A stretch of DNA of 20,000 nucleotides from Candidatus Aminicenantales bacterium. GTDB lineage: Bacteria; Acidobacteriota; Aminicenantia; Aminicenantales; UBA4085. The position numbers and the translations under genes were made by a program. The notes under the pieces were generated by a model that was not told where the DNA came from, did not search any database, and was given only the letters and a program-made list of their open reading frames with translations. This document shows, in pieces, positions 1 through 8,795 of this stretch. Numbering within the stretch: the first letter of the stretch is position 1; every line of letters starts with the position of its first letter. The stretch covers positions 447,400-467,399 of the forward strand of contig JBEKTZ010000001.1 of assembly GCA_049515535.1 (NCBI GenBank). The letters are read 5' to 3'.

Positions 1-283
1 TGGTCGGAACGAGGTGTTCCTGTTCGCGGCCGATGTTGAAGGCTATCGCCCTCTGGAAGCGCTCGAGGTTTTTATGCCAGTTCAGCATGGTGATCTCGAG
101 CCGGCCCTCGGTGTTTTTCCGGCAAAAGAAGCGGATCCCCTCGAAGGCAAGAAAGAGGGCGTAATGAACGGACCTGGATATGGCGTAAACCTGGGCGCCG
201 ACGTCGAGGAGCTCATACTCCTTGTCCGGAAGCCCGTAGCGCATCTGCTTGGAAGCCCACTGAATCCCCTCGAATTTCGCCAT
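1..283 (-). CDS. Class IV PLP-dependent aminotransferase (branched-chain amino acid aminotransferase-like), 5' part; runs off the window edge
   Basis: Not in the ORF track. Manual translation from ATG at 283 gives MAKFEGIQWASKQMRYGLPDKEYELLDVGAQVYAISRSVHYALFLAFEGIRFFCRK...NWHKNLERFQRA. HYA..AFEG.R and NLERF match the fold-type IV HYG...FEG and H..R motifs. SD AAGGAG lies at 291-296 (minus). Confidence 0.7.
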   Translation of the reverse strand, partial: MAKFEGIQWASKQMRYGLPDKEYELLDVGAQVYAISRSVHYALFLAFEGIRFFCRKNTEGRLEITMLNWHKNLERFQRAIAFNIGREQEHLVPT

Positions 284-423
284 TCGAAATCTCCTTTAAA
301 AAGGCGTTGACGAGTTCGTCTTTATAGTCGCTCCTTGAACCGAAAGAAATTTCCCCTTCAAGGGCGATAAAGAAACGTTACTTTACCATAAAAGCCGCGC
401 CTCGCGTCAACCCCGGATTGTCT

Positions 424-453
424 TTGACAGGAACCGCGCGTTTGCCATATAAT
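424..453 (+). promoter_or_regulatory. Sigma70-type promoter for the 493..969 gene
   Basis: TTGACA (424-429), 18 bp spacer, TATAAT (448-453); both hexamers are perfect consensus. SD AAGGAG at 482-487. Confidence 0.75.
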
Positions 454-492
454 TGAAAAAGGGACGTATCCAATTCATTAAAAGGAGATCTT

Positions 493-969
493 ATGAAAAA
501 ACCCGCCTTCATCGCCTTCGCGGTTTTGGCTTTATTTTTCGTTTCCTCCAGGGAGCTCGCGGCCCAGTCGGATGTCGCCCTGAATATCGGCGTCATCACG
601 GATAAATCCTTCAGCTTCAATCCGTTCCTTTGGATAATGGGCCTGTCCTTCGATTTTTATTTGACCCCCTCTCTATCCTTGAGCCCCGAGATATATATGG
701 CCGTCCACAATTCCGATTTCGGGACGATTTTAGTGGCGCCGGCGGTTCTGCTGAATTTCCAAGGCGACGGGTTCTTCCTGGGCGGAGGCTTTACCAAATG
801 GTGGGCGCTGGGCCGCGACGTCGCGGGTTCTCCTTCGTCCAATGTCGCCCTGAAATGGAACGCCGGGCTGAAGGGCGGCAGCATCAAGCTGACCGCGTTC
901 GTGATCACGCCTTTCAATAATATCTTCCAGGATATGGCCGTGGGTGCCGCGTTCGGGTTCTACTTCTGA
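493..969 (+). CDS. Small secreted protein, probable outer-membrane beta-barrel
   Basis: Signal peptide (MKKPAFIAFAVLALFFVSSRELAAQ), amphipathic Gly/aromatic-rich strands, C-terminal aromatic BAM-type signature (GAAFGFYF), strong SD. Confidence 0.7.
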   Translation: MKKPAFIAFAVLALFFVSSRELAAQSDVALNIGVITDKSFSFNPFLWIMGLSFDFYLTPSLSLSPEIYMAVHNSDFGTILVAPAVLLNFQGDGFFLGGGFTKWWALGRDVAGSPSSNVALKWNAGLKGGSIKLTAFVITPFNNIFQDMAVGAAFGFYF

Positions 970-1028
970 TTCGCCGTCGCCGCGACCCGGACCGCCCGGA
1001 CCATGGGCGATCTTTCATTCCCCGTTAA

Positions 1029-2723
1029 TTACAATCCGCCGCGGAGCAGGAACCAGAATTTCCCGGTGAGCTCCTCGTATTTATTCATGGCCGCCCGGGC
1101 GAAGTCGTTCGTGTACTTCGTCAGGTATTCGTTCGGCTTGAACGGTTCCTTGTCGGGCGTCTTGCTGGCCAGGATCTCCTGGTATTTCTTCTCGACGATG
1201 GGAAGTTCCATCAGCCCCTTCTCCTCGAACTCGCGGACCGTGTCCTCCATGATCTTCTGCGTGGCGCCCCATTTCACCGTGGCCAGGCGGTTGGCGCTGC
1301 GGAACGTCCAGCAGGCCGAATCCGTGCGGTAACGGTGCTGGGCGCAGACTTCGAAGCTCGGCGGAAGCGCCGTTACGCCGGCGAAAACCGGGAACCGGGC
1401 GCTCAGACCGGGATTGTCAAAAGCGAACCAGCAGACCGTACCGACCGCGGGAGGCAGCCAGCCGCGGCACTGGAGGATCGTGGCGTAGGAGCAGCCGCTG
1501 ATGGCGATCGTCCTCTGCGATTGGATCGTGCCCGGCTTGAGTGTGTTGACGAGCTGCATAAGATCGTTGGACATCCAGGGCTGGGCCAGCGGGCTCTTCA
1601 TCAATTCGGGCGCCGCGGGCTGCGCGCCTTGGGCCGGAGGCTGGCCGGGCCGGCCCATCTGCCGCCGCGGAACCATGAGGTTTTTCGTCGCGTCGTATTC
1701 CGTGCCGGCATACGTTTCGCGGTACATTTTGAACATGTCGCGGACCGAGACCTTCTTCTCCGGCTTCACGGAGAGCGGAAGCTCGGGCCAGTCCATATTC
1801 AGCTTAAGCGAGGGCGCGAGGGTGCTCAAGACGTAAAATTCGCGGATCGAATACGGCTTGCGGCCGCCGCCGTAAGCTTTCCAGAATTTGAACGGCTCGC
1901 CGCCGTCCGCTTTCCACCAGCCCATGTCCTGGGCGACCTTGAAAATGTTGTCCGAAGCCATGTAATGGTCGGGGTCTTTGAGATTGATCTCGCTGATACG
2001 GGGAATGTTCGCCGACAGGCCGACCTGGTCGTCCGGGATGCGGACCGCGGCCCAAACGCCGCCCTTCTCGAGGGGTCCGGCGCCCATGAATTCACAATGC
2101 CAGACTTCCTTGGCGTCGGCGATCGTGATGCATTCGCCGCTGTCGCCGTAGCCGTACAGCTTGATGAGCTCGCCGGCGAGCTTGATCGCTTCGCGCGCCG
2201 TCTTGCAGCGCTCCAGGATGAGCCGCTCGATCTCCTCGATCATGAACATGCCTTCCTGGTTGTAAAGCTCGCGGCGGCCGCCGATCGTCGTCTCGCCGAT
2301 GGCCAGGCCGGCTTCGTTCATGCAGGGATAACTGGTGTTCATGAAGGCGAACGTCTCTTCGACCTGGGGGATCTCGCCGGTCTGGATCATGCCGCGGATG
2401 TCCGTGGACGTCTCGGTGTGCATCTTTCCGGAAAAGATTTTGTTCTTCGAGCCGGCCGGATACTTGGCGTGAGGGACGATGTTGAGCCAGGTCCGGTAAG
2501 GGCCGTCGCAGGTGTGCGCGGTCATGACCGAGCCGTCCTCCGAAGCGAGCCGGCCGACCTCAATGCTGGTGCAGCCGTCCGGGACGTCCGTCCAGACGTA
2601 AGGCCGGGCCGCGGCTTTTGTCTCCGGTTTCTGGGCGGAAACCGAGAACAGACAGAAGAAAACGACAAGGGCCGATAAAAAAACGATGCGCGTCGTCGCG
2701 CGTTTTCGGGTGAAGAGAGCCAT
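1029..2723 (-). CDS. Peptidase family C69 (dipeptidase/secernin-like Ntn hydrolase), exported
   Basis: CTSIEVGRLASEDGSVMTAH N-terminal nucleophile motif, MNEAGLAIGETT, LERCKTAREAI, IADAKEVW. Start moved from TTG 2780 to ATG 2723 because AAGGAGG lies upstream of it and a signal peptide follows. Confidence 0.88.
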   Translation of the reverse strand: MALFTRKRATTRIVFLSALVVFFCLFSVSAQKPETKAAARPYVWTDVPDGCTSIEVGRLASEDGSVMTAHTCDGPYRTWLNIVPHAKYPAGSKNKIFSGKMHTETSTDIRGMIQTGEIPQVEETFAFMNTSYPCMNEAGLAIGETTIGGRRELYNQEGMFMIEEIERLILERCKTAREAIKLAGELIKLYGYGDSGECITIADAKEVWHCEFMGAGPLEKGGVWAAVRIPDDQVGLSANIPRISEINLKDPDHYMASDNIFKVAQDMGWWKADGGEPFKFWKAYGGGRKPYSIREFYVLSTLAPSLKLNMDWPELPLSVKPEKKVSVRDMFKMYRETYAGTEYDATKNLMVPRRQMGRPGQPPAQGAQPAAPELMKSPLAQPWMSNDLMQLVNTLKPGTIQSQRTIAISGCSYATILQCRGWLPPAVGTVCWFAFDNPGLSARFPVFAGVTALPPSFEVCAQHRYRTDSACWTFRSANRLATVKWGATQKIMEDTVREFEEKGLMELPIVEKKYQEILASKTPDKEPFKPNEYLTKYTNDFARAAMNKYEELTGKFWFLLRGGL

Positions 2724-2750
2724 GTTATGCGTCCTCCTTAAAGAATCCTC

Positions 2751-2780
2751 ATTATTGATGAGGCGCGCCTCCTCTGTCAA
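2751..2780 (-). promoter_or_regulatory. Putative sigma70 promoter of the C69 peptidase with a palindrome in its spacer
   Basis: Minus strand TTGACA (2780-2775), 18 bp, AATAAT (2756-2751). Perfect palindrome GAGGCGCGCCTC at 2760-2771. Confidence 0.5.
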
Positions 2781-2944
2781 CCCATTTCGCGATGTTTCAA
2801 CTCTGCCTCGTCTTGGAAACTGTACTACGGTCAGATTTCACGATTCTTCAACTCTTCAACGATGGGGCGCGACGTTCCGTCCGTGCGCCCGTTGAATAAA
2901 TCCGGCGTTCATTTTATATTGATATCCGAAAAAAGGAGAATTCC

Positions 2945-4083
2945 GTGAAAAAAATCGCGATCATTGGATCCGGCATCGGCGGCCTGACGACCGGCTGCCT
3001 GCTGGCCAAAAAAGGGCATTCCGTCACGATCTTCGAATCGCACACGAGCCCCGGCGGCTACACCGCCGGGTTCAGGCGCAAGGGATATTATTTCGAAAGC
3101 GGGACGCTCGCCTTCGAAAGCTCCGGCGTCATGTTCAAAACGCTCGACGACCTCGGGCTCAGGGACAAGATCCATGTCATCCGGAAAAAAGACCGCTGGG
3201 TTTCCCCACCAAGGACTATTGGCACGTCGTCGAAGGCATGCAGCACCTAGCCGATGCCCTGGCGGGAAGATTCAAGGAATTCGGCGGCACGCTCGAGTGC
3301 TCCAGCCCCGTCGAAAAGATCCTGACAAAGGACGGCGCGGCGGTCGGCGTGGTCGTCAAGGGCGCGACCCGCGAAGCGGACATCGTCGTCTCCGCCTGCG
3401 ACTACAAAAGCACGTTTCTCAAATGGCTGGATGACCCTTCGATCTTACCCGCCGGGCAGTTGGAGAAAATCAGGAACGCCGCGGTCTCCGAGGGCATATT
3501 CACCGTCTATCTGGGGCTCAAGCTCCCGAACGAAGAGCTGGAGAAGTCCATGCGGGCCTTCAGCGTTTCATACCACGCGCTCGCGGACGACCTCGATTTC
3601 GACGATCCGCGCGACGCGGATCATTTCCGCAAATGCGGCTTCAGCCTGCATTCCCTCTCGCTCGTCAACCCGGACCTCGCTCCGAAGGGAAAATCATCGC
3701 TCATGATCCAGGCCATCTGCCCCGTCCGGTGGCAGGACAACTGGCGCGAAGGCGACAGGGAAAAATATCTGGAGCTCAAAGAACGCGTGAAAACGACGCT
3801 GATCGAACGGGCGGAGTTCATCATTCCGGGTCTCAGAAATCAGATCGAATTCATGGACGCGGCCACCCCCCTGACTTACGAGCGATATACGGGCAATGCC
3901 GACGGCGCCACGTCCGCCTGGTCGTGGAATCCCCAAAAGAAATTTTACGAGGGCGGAATGATGAAAATAACGGTGAAAACGGCCGTGAAAAATCTGCTGA
4001 TCGGATCGTGCTGGGTCGGGCAGATCGGCGGCATCCCGAATGCGCTCGCCGCCGCTTATATATGCTCGAAAAAGATCAAATGA
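2945..4083 (+). pseudogene. Phytoene desaturase/retinol saturase-like NAD(P)/FAD oxidoreductase, split by a frameshift near 3205-3210 with apparent internal deletion
   Basis: Frame 1 has the Rossmann motif IIGSGIGGLTTGCLLAKKG..VTIFE...PGGY...FRRKGYYFESG. Frame 2 resumes at KDYWHVVEGMQHLADALA (YPxGG-like motif) and contains ATPLTYERYTGNADG and GGIP. The expected middle region is absent. Confidence 0.8.
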
Positions 4084-4093
4084 GCCGGGCTTT

Positions 4094-4735
4094 TTATTTA
4101 ATGCTTTTCAGCTGTTCCAGCTTCGCCTTGTACTCCCCGGGGTTCGTGACTCCGAAGAGCCCCAGCTTGTTGTCCTCTTCGAGCGCGCCCATATAGCGGT
4201 TTCCGGAAAAGGCGGCCTGGTCCAATCGCCATTCATTCGGGGACCTGAAGTAGAAAGTGTACCGAATCAGGTACTTATCGTAGGGATAGGTCCAGACCTC
4301 CAGGGTATTGGCCGAGACATCCTCGTTCGACCTATCGTTGACGCTGGCGTTCACCCCCACTCCCTGCGTCATTCGCGTCGCCCAGTTGTCGTTTTGGCTC
4401 AATTCGATATGGACGGGGCTTCCGTTCAGCAGATAGACATGGGCCCGATCGACATTATAGGGCTGGCGGGAATTCTCTTTTTTATAGGCTTTCATCGTAT
4501 AGGCGACTCTATTGTCGAATTCCTGTTTGGCCTCGGGAGACCGGGAAGCCCAGAACAGCTTCTGGAATTCGAGCCGGGCCGCCGGAGAAAGATCCTTGTA
4601 GAGCTTCCACTCGAAATCCTGCATGATGTAATAGTGCATCGCGTACCAATCGTCTTTTGACGGAACCAGGCTGAGGCCGCAGGCCCCAAGAAACAGGCAA
4701 ATCAAGGCGATCGCCGATAACTTTTGAATTCTCAT
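4094..4735 (-). CDS. GWxTD-domain-like lipoprotein (divergent signature)
   Basis: Lipobox LFLGAC. FQKLFWASR..EAKQEFDNRVAY...PYNVDRAHVYLLNGSP...EVWTY follows the GWxTD pattern FW..R..EF..RV.YA...GW.TDRG..Y...G.P...E.W.Y. ATG overlaps the upstream stop. Confidence 0.72.
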   Translation of the reverse strand: MRIQKLSAIALICLFLGACGLSLVPSKDDWYAMHYYIMQDFEWKLYKDLSPAARLEFQKLFWASRSPEAKQEFDNRVAYTMKAYKKENSRQPYNVDRAHVYLLNGSPVHIELSQNDNWATRMTQGVGVNASVNDRSNEDVSANTLEVWTYPYDKYLIRYTFYFRSPNEWRLDQAAFSGNRYMGALEEDNKLGLFGVTNPGEYKAKLEQLKSIK

Positions 4736-5982
4736 TCGTCCCTCCTCGGCGGGTCGGCTCCGCGATTTCTTCTCATCGCGAATCCGCGCGAATATATAGG
4801 ATTAGAATAGCACAGAACAAGCCAGAGGGCTATCCAGATGAAAAGGGCGGAAAAGAAATAAGGAGAGAGCGTCTCATAGACGAGAGAAGCTCTCCTTCCC
4901 GGCATCAGGGCGGGAAGGAGGGTATTCAAAATAAAGGATAGTCCGAGGACGGAAAGCAAAAAGGCCCGGAATTCGCTCCCCGAATATTTATAAAGAAAAG
5001 CGACGAGGACCGCGCAGGGGAAGAAAAGGGTCGAGAAGTAGATGCGGGAGTCGTGAGGGGACAGAAGAAGAAGGGATACCGTCAGGAGCGCGTATTTGAG
5101 AGCGACGCACTCCTTTTCCCCGCATTTCCGGAGGAGCGCCTTATAAAGAAGGAAAAGAATGAGCGCGCTCGTCAGGAGCCAGATCCATTTGACGATTCCA
5201 ACCCGTAAGTTGAGCAGGTTGACCCGGGGGTACTTCTCGGTCTCGGGTTCCATCTTTTTTTCCGTCAGGTACTTGAAGAGGACCCCATTCAGTGAATGGT
5301 TGACGGGCTCTTCCGCCCGCGCCACGGCCGTATCCATCCAATTCTTGGCGAGATCGAGATTTTTCTCCCAGCCGATGAAGAAGCCCGGAGCCAGGATTAG
5401 GACGGCCAGCCAGAGGAAACAAAAAAGGCAGATCTTCCATCGTCTGGCGAGGGCGAAATAAAGGAGAAACAAGAAAGGCGTCACCTTTATGCAAATGGCG
5501 ACCGCCATGAGAAACGAAGGAAAAACGATTTTCCCGCGTTCCACTTGGAAAAGCGCAAGAACGATGAGGAAGAGGACCAGGAAATGGATATTCCCCGTGT
5601 GGATTTCTTCCACGATGTAACCGCCGGTAATTAAGAGGGAGAACACGAGGATTTTCCAGAAGTGTTTATCCTCCAGGTTCATGAGCTTCATCACCATTCC
5701 GGCGATGGCTATGAGGGCCGCGATTTTCAAAAGGTACCAGAGAAAAGCCGCGGCGGCCAGCGGCAGAAAAGAAAAAGGGATAAAGGCAAAGGCGATGACC
5801 GGGGCGTAGCGGAAGGCTAGACCTCCCTGCCGGTAGAGGTCGTAGTCATGTCCGAGGAGCTGCTTCGCGGCGGAACAATAGACGGAAAAGTCGACCGCCT
5901 GGACGGCCATATAAAGTCCGAAGACGATGACCGCGCCAAGAAGCAATCCGAATCCGACTTTCCTCCAAAGAGACGCGCTCAA
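4732..5982 (-). CDS. GT87 family (DUF2029/PimE-like) GT-C membrane glycosyltransferase
   Basis: Multi-TM protein with DFSVY, FRYAP..AF.F.PF, GNIH, IKVTP and NHSL motifs. The TTG start is uncertain. Confidence 0.8.
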   Translation of the reverse strand: MSASLWRKVGFGLLLGAVIVFGLYMAVQAVDFSVYCSAAKQLLGHDYDLYRQGGLAFRYAPVIAFAFIPFSFLPLAAAAFLWYLLKIAALIAIAGMVMKLMNLEDKHFWKILVFSLLITGGYIVEEIHTGNIHFLVLFLIVLALFQVERGKIVFPSFLMAVAICIKVTPFLFLLYFALARRWKICLFCFLWLAVLILAPGFFIGWEKNLDLAKNWMDTAVARAEEPVNHSLNGVLFKYLTEKKMEPETEKYPRVNLLNLRVGIVKWIWLLTSALILFLLYKALLRKCGEKECVALKYALLTVSLLLLSPHDSRIYFSTLFFPCAVLVAFLYKYSGSEFRAFLLSVLGLSFILNTLLPALMPGRRASLVYETLSPYFFSALFIWIALWLVLCYSNPIYSRGFAMRRNRGADPPRRDE

Positions 5983-5987
5983 GAATA

Positions 5988-6923
5988 TTATCTTATCGGT
6001 TCGCCGTCTTCGTAACCATCGATCACTTCTCGCGGCACTTCAAAAGCTTTTCCCCATCCGCCGAATTTCTGGACAAGCTCGGCCCTGGTCAGGGCGCGCT
6101 TCTTGTGATTCTCAATCAAATAAACGCCGCGGTCTTTGCGATTGCTCTGCTCGAGAATCATCAGCCCTTCGAACGTCAAATCGATCATCGGGCCTTTTCT
6201 CATTTTGTCCAGCGTTTCATAGGACACATCGACCAGGTATTTCCAAGGATTCTTGTCCTGTTTCCGGTCATAGTTATAGCGGAAGACGCTTTCAAGATTT
6301 TTAAAGGGACGGCGGATGTATTGACCGATGCCTGTTCGCTCGATCAGATACACGGCGGCATCGCGCGCCTTTACATACTTGTGGTCCAGGTAGGCAAGAT
6401 TATCGGCATCCGGCCAGGAGGCGAATTCGCGCTCCAGACGAGTGAGAATCTTGCGGCAGTCAGACAGGACATAGGGCATCACGTTCCCTCTCCGCATTTC
6501 CTGTTCGAGTTCGTTAAACGCGTTGGCCAAATAGGTGAACGCATTGGAAAGGTTCGTCCGCAAATAGTCCGACCGGAAAAAGTCCGATTGAGCTTCGGTC
6601 AGTTTCAGAAAGAGGCGACAGGAGGCCGCGAACGCCTCCGATTTGAAGAGAATGGCCTGCTCTTCGTCGGAGATGGTCCCATTCCAACCCCGGAAATGTT
6701 CAAAACTCTCTTTAGCGAGAGCCGTGGCCTGTCGTTCGAGCTCCAACCCGAGGTCATAAATCTGACTGCGCTGGCCGTCTACGGCGGATTTGGCGTACTC
6801 CGTGTCCTCCGGATAACTCGGATTGTCGCTATTAGCGCCCCTTCCGAAATCGGCGAGCGCCAGACAGGCGGTCGACATCACTAAAAAAACCAAAATGAAA
6901 ATCGAACGGACGGTTGTTTTCAT
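5988..6923 (-). CDS. Secreted hypothetical protein: helical N-domain plus two C-terminal VYLIE repeats
   Basis: Signal peptide MKTTVRSIFILVFLVMSTACLALA. GGAGG precedes ATG 6923 (ORF track starts at 6938). Co-oriented within the operon. Confidence 0.75.
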   Translation of the reverse strand: MKTTVRSIFILVFLVMSTACLALADFGRGANSDNPSYPEDTEYAKSAVDGQRSQIYDLGLELERQATALAKESFEHFRGWNGTISDEEQAILFKSEAFAASCRLFLKLTEAQSDFFRSDYLRTNLSNAFTYLANAFNELEQEMRRGNVMPYVLSDCRKILTRLEREFASWPDADNLAYLDHKYVKARDAAVYLIERTGIGQYIRRPFKNLESVFRYNYDRKQDKNPWKYLVDVSYETLDKMRKGPMIDLTFEGLMILEQSNRKDRGVYLIENHKKRALTRAELVQKFGGWGKAFEVPREVIDGYEDGEPIR

Positions 6924-6978
6924 CGCAGAGGCCTCCATGTTCGTAAAATTTCACCAGCCCCTTCGTCAATTATCCGAA

Positions 6979-7614
6979 TTATTCGTAGACCAGGATATCG
7001 ACGCGGCGGTTCTGGGCTCTCCCTTCGGGCGTGCCGTTGTCCGCGACGGGCGCCGAGCTCCCGAAGCTGATGACCTGCATGCGGTGGAGCGGGATGTGAT
7101 GCTGTTTATAGAGATATTCCATGACGGCATCTGCCCTTTTCAAGCCGAGCTGCCGATTCCAAACTTCCGGTCCGGTATTGTCCGTATGGCCCTGGATCTC
7201 GAGATAGACGCCCCTGTTTTGGGTAATGAGCACCTCGACGAACTTGTCCAATCCCGCTTTCCCCTCGGCGCTGATCTCATAACTGTCGAAAACGAATTTG
7301 GCCTCGCTGTTTCTGACCGTCTCTTTATAGATCAGCTTGCCCTCAGTCAGTTTTTTGACTTCTTCGATCCTGCCGTCCATACCTTTGAACTGAGATTCCT
7401 GCTGGGCGATCAGGGTTCCGAGTGTGGCCAGTTTCTCATCGTGCTCCTTGAGCCGTTTCTGGTTTTCCTCGACCGAAGTCGCCACCCCTTCGACTTTCTG
7501 GTCGAGGGCGGCTAATTCCGTCTGGACCATTTTTTTCGTCGCGCAGCCTGTGAATGACAGGAGCCCGGCGAGAATCGCGACTCCCGAAAGAAGGGCGATG
7601 TGTTTTTTATTCAT
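6979..7614 (-). CDS. OmpA/Pal-family peptidoglycan-binding lipoprotein with N-terminal coiled coil
   Basis: Lipobox SFTGC, heptad region, then F.FDS..I, IQGHTDNTG, N.QLG.KRA.AV, GRAQNRRVDI. GGAGG precedes ATG 7614. Confidence 0.92.
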   Translation of the reverse strand: MNKKHIALLSGVAILAGLLSFTGCATKKMVQTELAALDQKVEGVATSVEENQKRLKEHDEKLATLGTLIAQQESQFKGMDGRIEEVKKLTEGKLIYKETVRNSEAKFVFDSYEISAEGKAGLDKFVEVLITQNRGVYLEIQGHTDNTGPEVWNRQLGLKRADAVMEYLYKQHHIPLHRMQVISFGSSAPVADNGTPEGRAQNRRVDILVYE

Positions 7615-7765
7615 TTTATCCTCCATGATTTCTTGCCCAATAATCGGCCTGATGGTCTAAGATAATATTGTATCACATTCATCAAGTCGTTTCCCGTGAT
7701 TCCTGGGACACGATTTTAAATCCGAAGTCGTGCGGCCCGGAATTCGCGCCTTCGTCTCTGTTGTC

Positions 7766-8710
7766 TCAATAGCCCGCCCGCGTTCTCGTGATATATTTCT
7801 TGTTGGTCGTGACAACCTTGATCGCTCGATATTCGTTCTTCGGGTCTTTATAAGACGTATATCCTAGAATATACTGATGGCTCAGTTCTTTCTTGATGTT
7901 TCCGACAGCGGCGTCCAATTCTTCGGGGGTGTTGAGGAAAAAGGCTTTTCCGCCCGTCGCCGCGGAAAATTGATCGAGAGTGGCCATGATGCCGGACGGG
8001 CTCAATGTTGGAGCGCGTTTGAACTTTTGTAAATATTGCTCGCTCAACGGAATTTTATAGGCCAGGACATAGATCGGCACATCCACTCTCCTCGCGATTT
8101 CGATAGCCTGGTCGGATGACGAATGGCTGTCGTTCTCGATCCCGTCCGTAACCAAAAGGAGAGCTCTTTTTTCGTTTGTCCCTCTGTTGGCGAATTCGGG
8201 CGAGACGGCGACGGCATCGTTCAAGGCTGTCTGGCCATAGGCTTCGGTCTTCGCCAGGACCGACACAAAGGCTTGCCTGTCTGTCGAAAACTTAGAGGCG
8301 ACTTCCACTTCGCTGTCGGCGAAGACGAGCAGGGAGACCTCGTCTTTAGGTCCGAGGAGGCGGGTCGCCAGGCGAACGAGCGCTTCCTTGCAGTCCTTGA
8401 GCTTGTCCTGGAGAGCCATGCTTCCGCTGACATCGAGAAGAACGGTCAGGCTCAAAGGCGCCTCAAAATCGTGCTTGAAATAGTTGATGTTCTGTTTCTT
8501 GTCGTTTTCGAAAATCGCGAAATCTTTCTCCGTCAGGTCGTTGATAAACCGGCCCCTTTTGTCCTGAACCGTGACCGAGATGGAGATGGCGCTGACAGAG
8601 AGGTCATAGGCCAATCCCTTCTTTTGCTCTTGCGGAACCGGGCGTGCGGACACGGCACCGATCGCGGCCGAAAAAAGCAAGAGGCAAACAATCCCGTCCT
8701 TAAATCTCAT
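7766..8710 (-). CDS. Secreted VWA-domain protein (Acidobacterial VWFA-related type)
   Basis: Signal peptide; V.VQDKRGRFINDL...DF.IFEN; intact MIDAS DVSGS / T(ALNDA) / TDG; ATGG.AFF; ELSHQYILGY. Confidence 0.9.
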   Translation of the reverse strand: MRFKDGIVCLLLFSAAIGAVSARPVPQEQKKGLAYDLSVSAISISVTVQDKRGRFINDLTEKDFAIFENDKKQNINYFKHDFEAPLSLTVLLDVSGSMALQDKLKDCKEALVRLATRLLGPKDEVSLLVFADSEVEVASKFSTDRQAFVSVLAKTEAYGQTALNDAVAVSPEFANRGTNEKRALLLVTDGIENDSHSSSDQAIEIARRVDVPIYVLAYKIPLSEQYLQKFKRAPTLSPSGIMATLDQFSAATGGKAFFLNTPEELDAAVGNIKKELSHQYILGYTSYKDPKNEYRAIKVVTTNKKYITRTRAGY

Positions 8711-8795
8711 GGTCGACCCTAGCTGATGTTTTTAGCACACCGTAACCAGGGAATCAATGATAGCCACTTTTTTGGTCCAGAGATATTAAGGAGGG

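Noticed and set aside
14..310. 98-aa plus-strand ORF
   Set aside because: It is antisense to the aminotransferase frame, which has the motif and SD.
1600..1680. Pro/Gln/Ala-rich stretch in the C69 peptidase as an intein or insertion element
   Set aside because: Short in-frame low-complexity loop with no splicing motifs or flanking repeats.
1335..2678. 447-aa plus-strand ORF, and similar long antisense ORFs at 4040-4660, 6105-6884, 6823-7515, 8123-8722, 10838-11518 and 17136-17669
   Set aside because: These are shadows of well-supported opposite-strand genes, with no motifs or SD.
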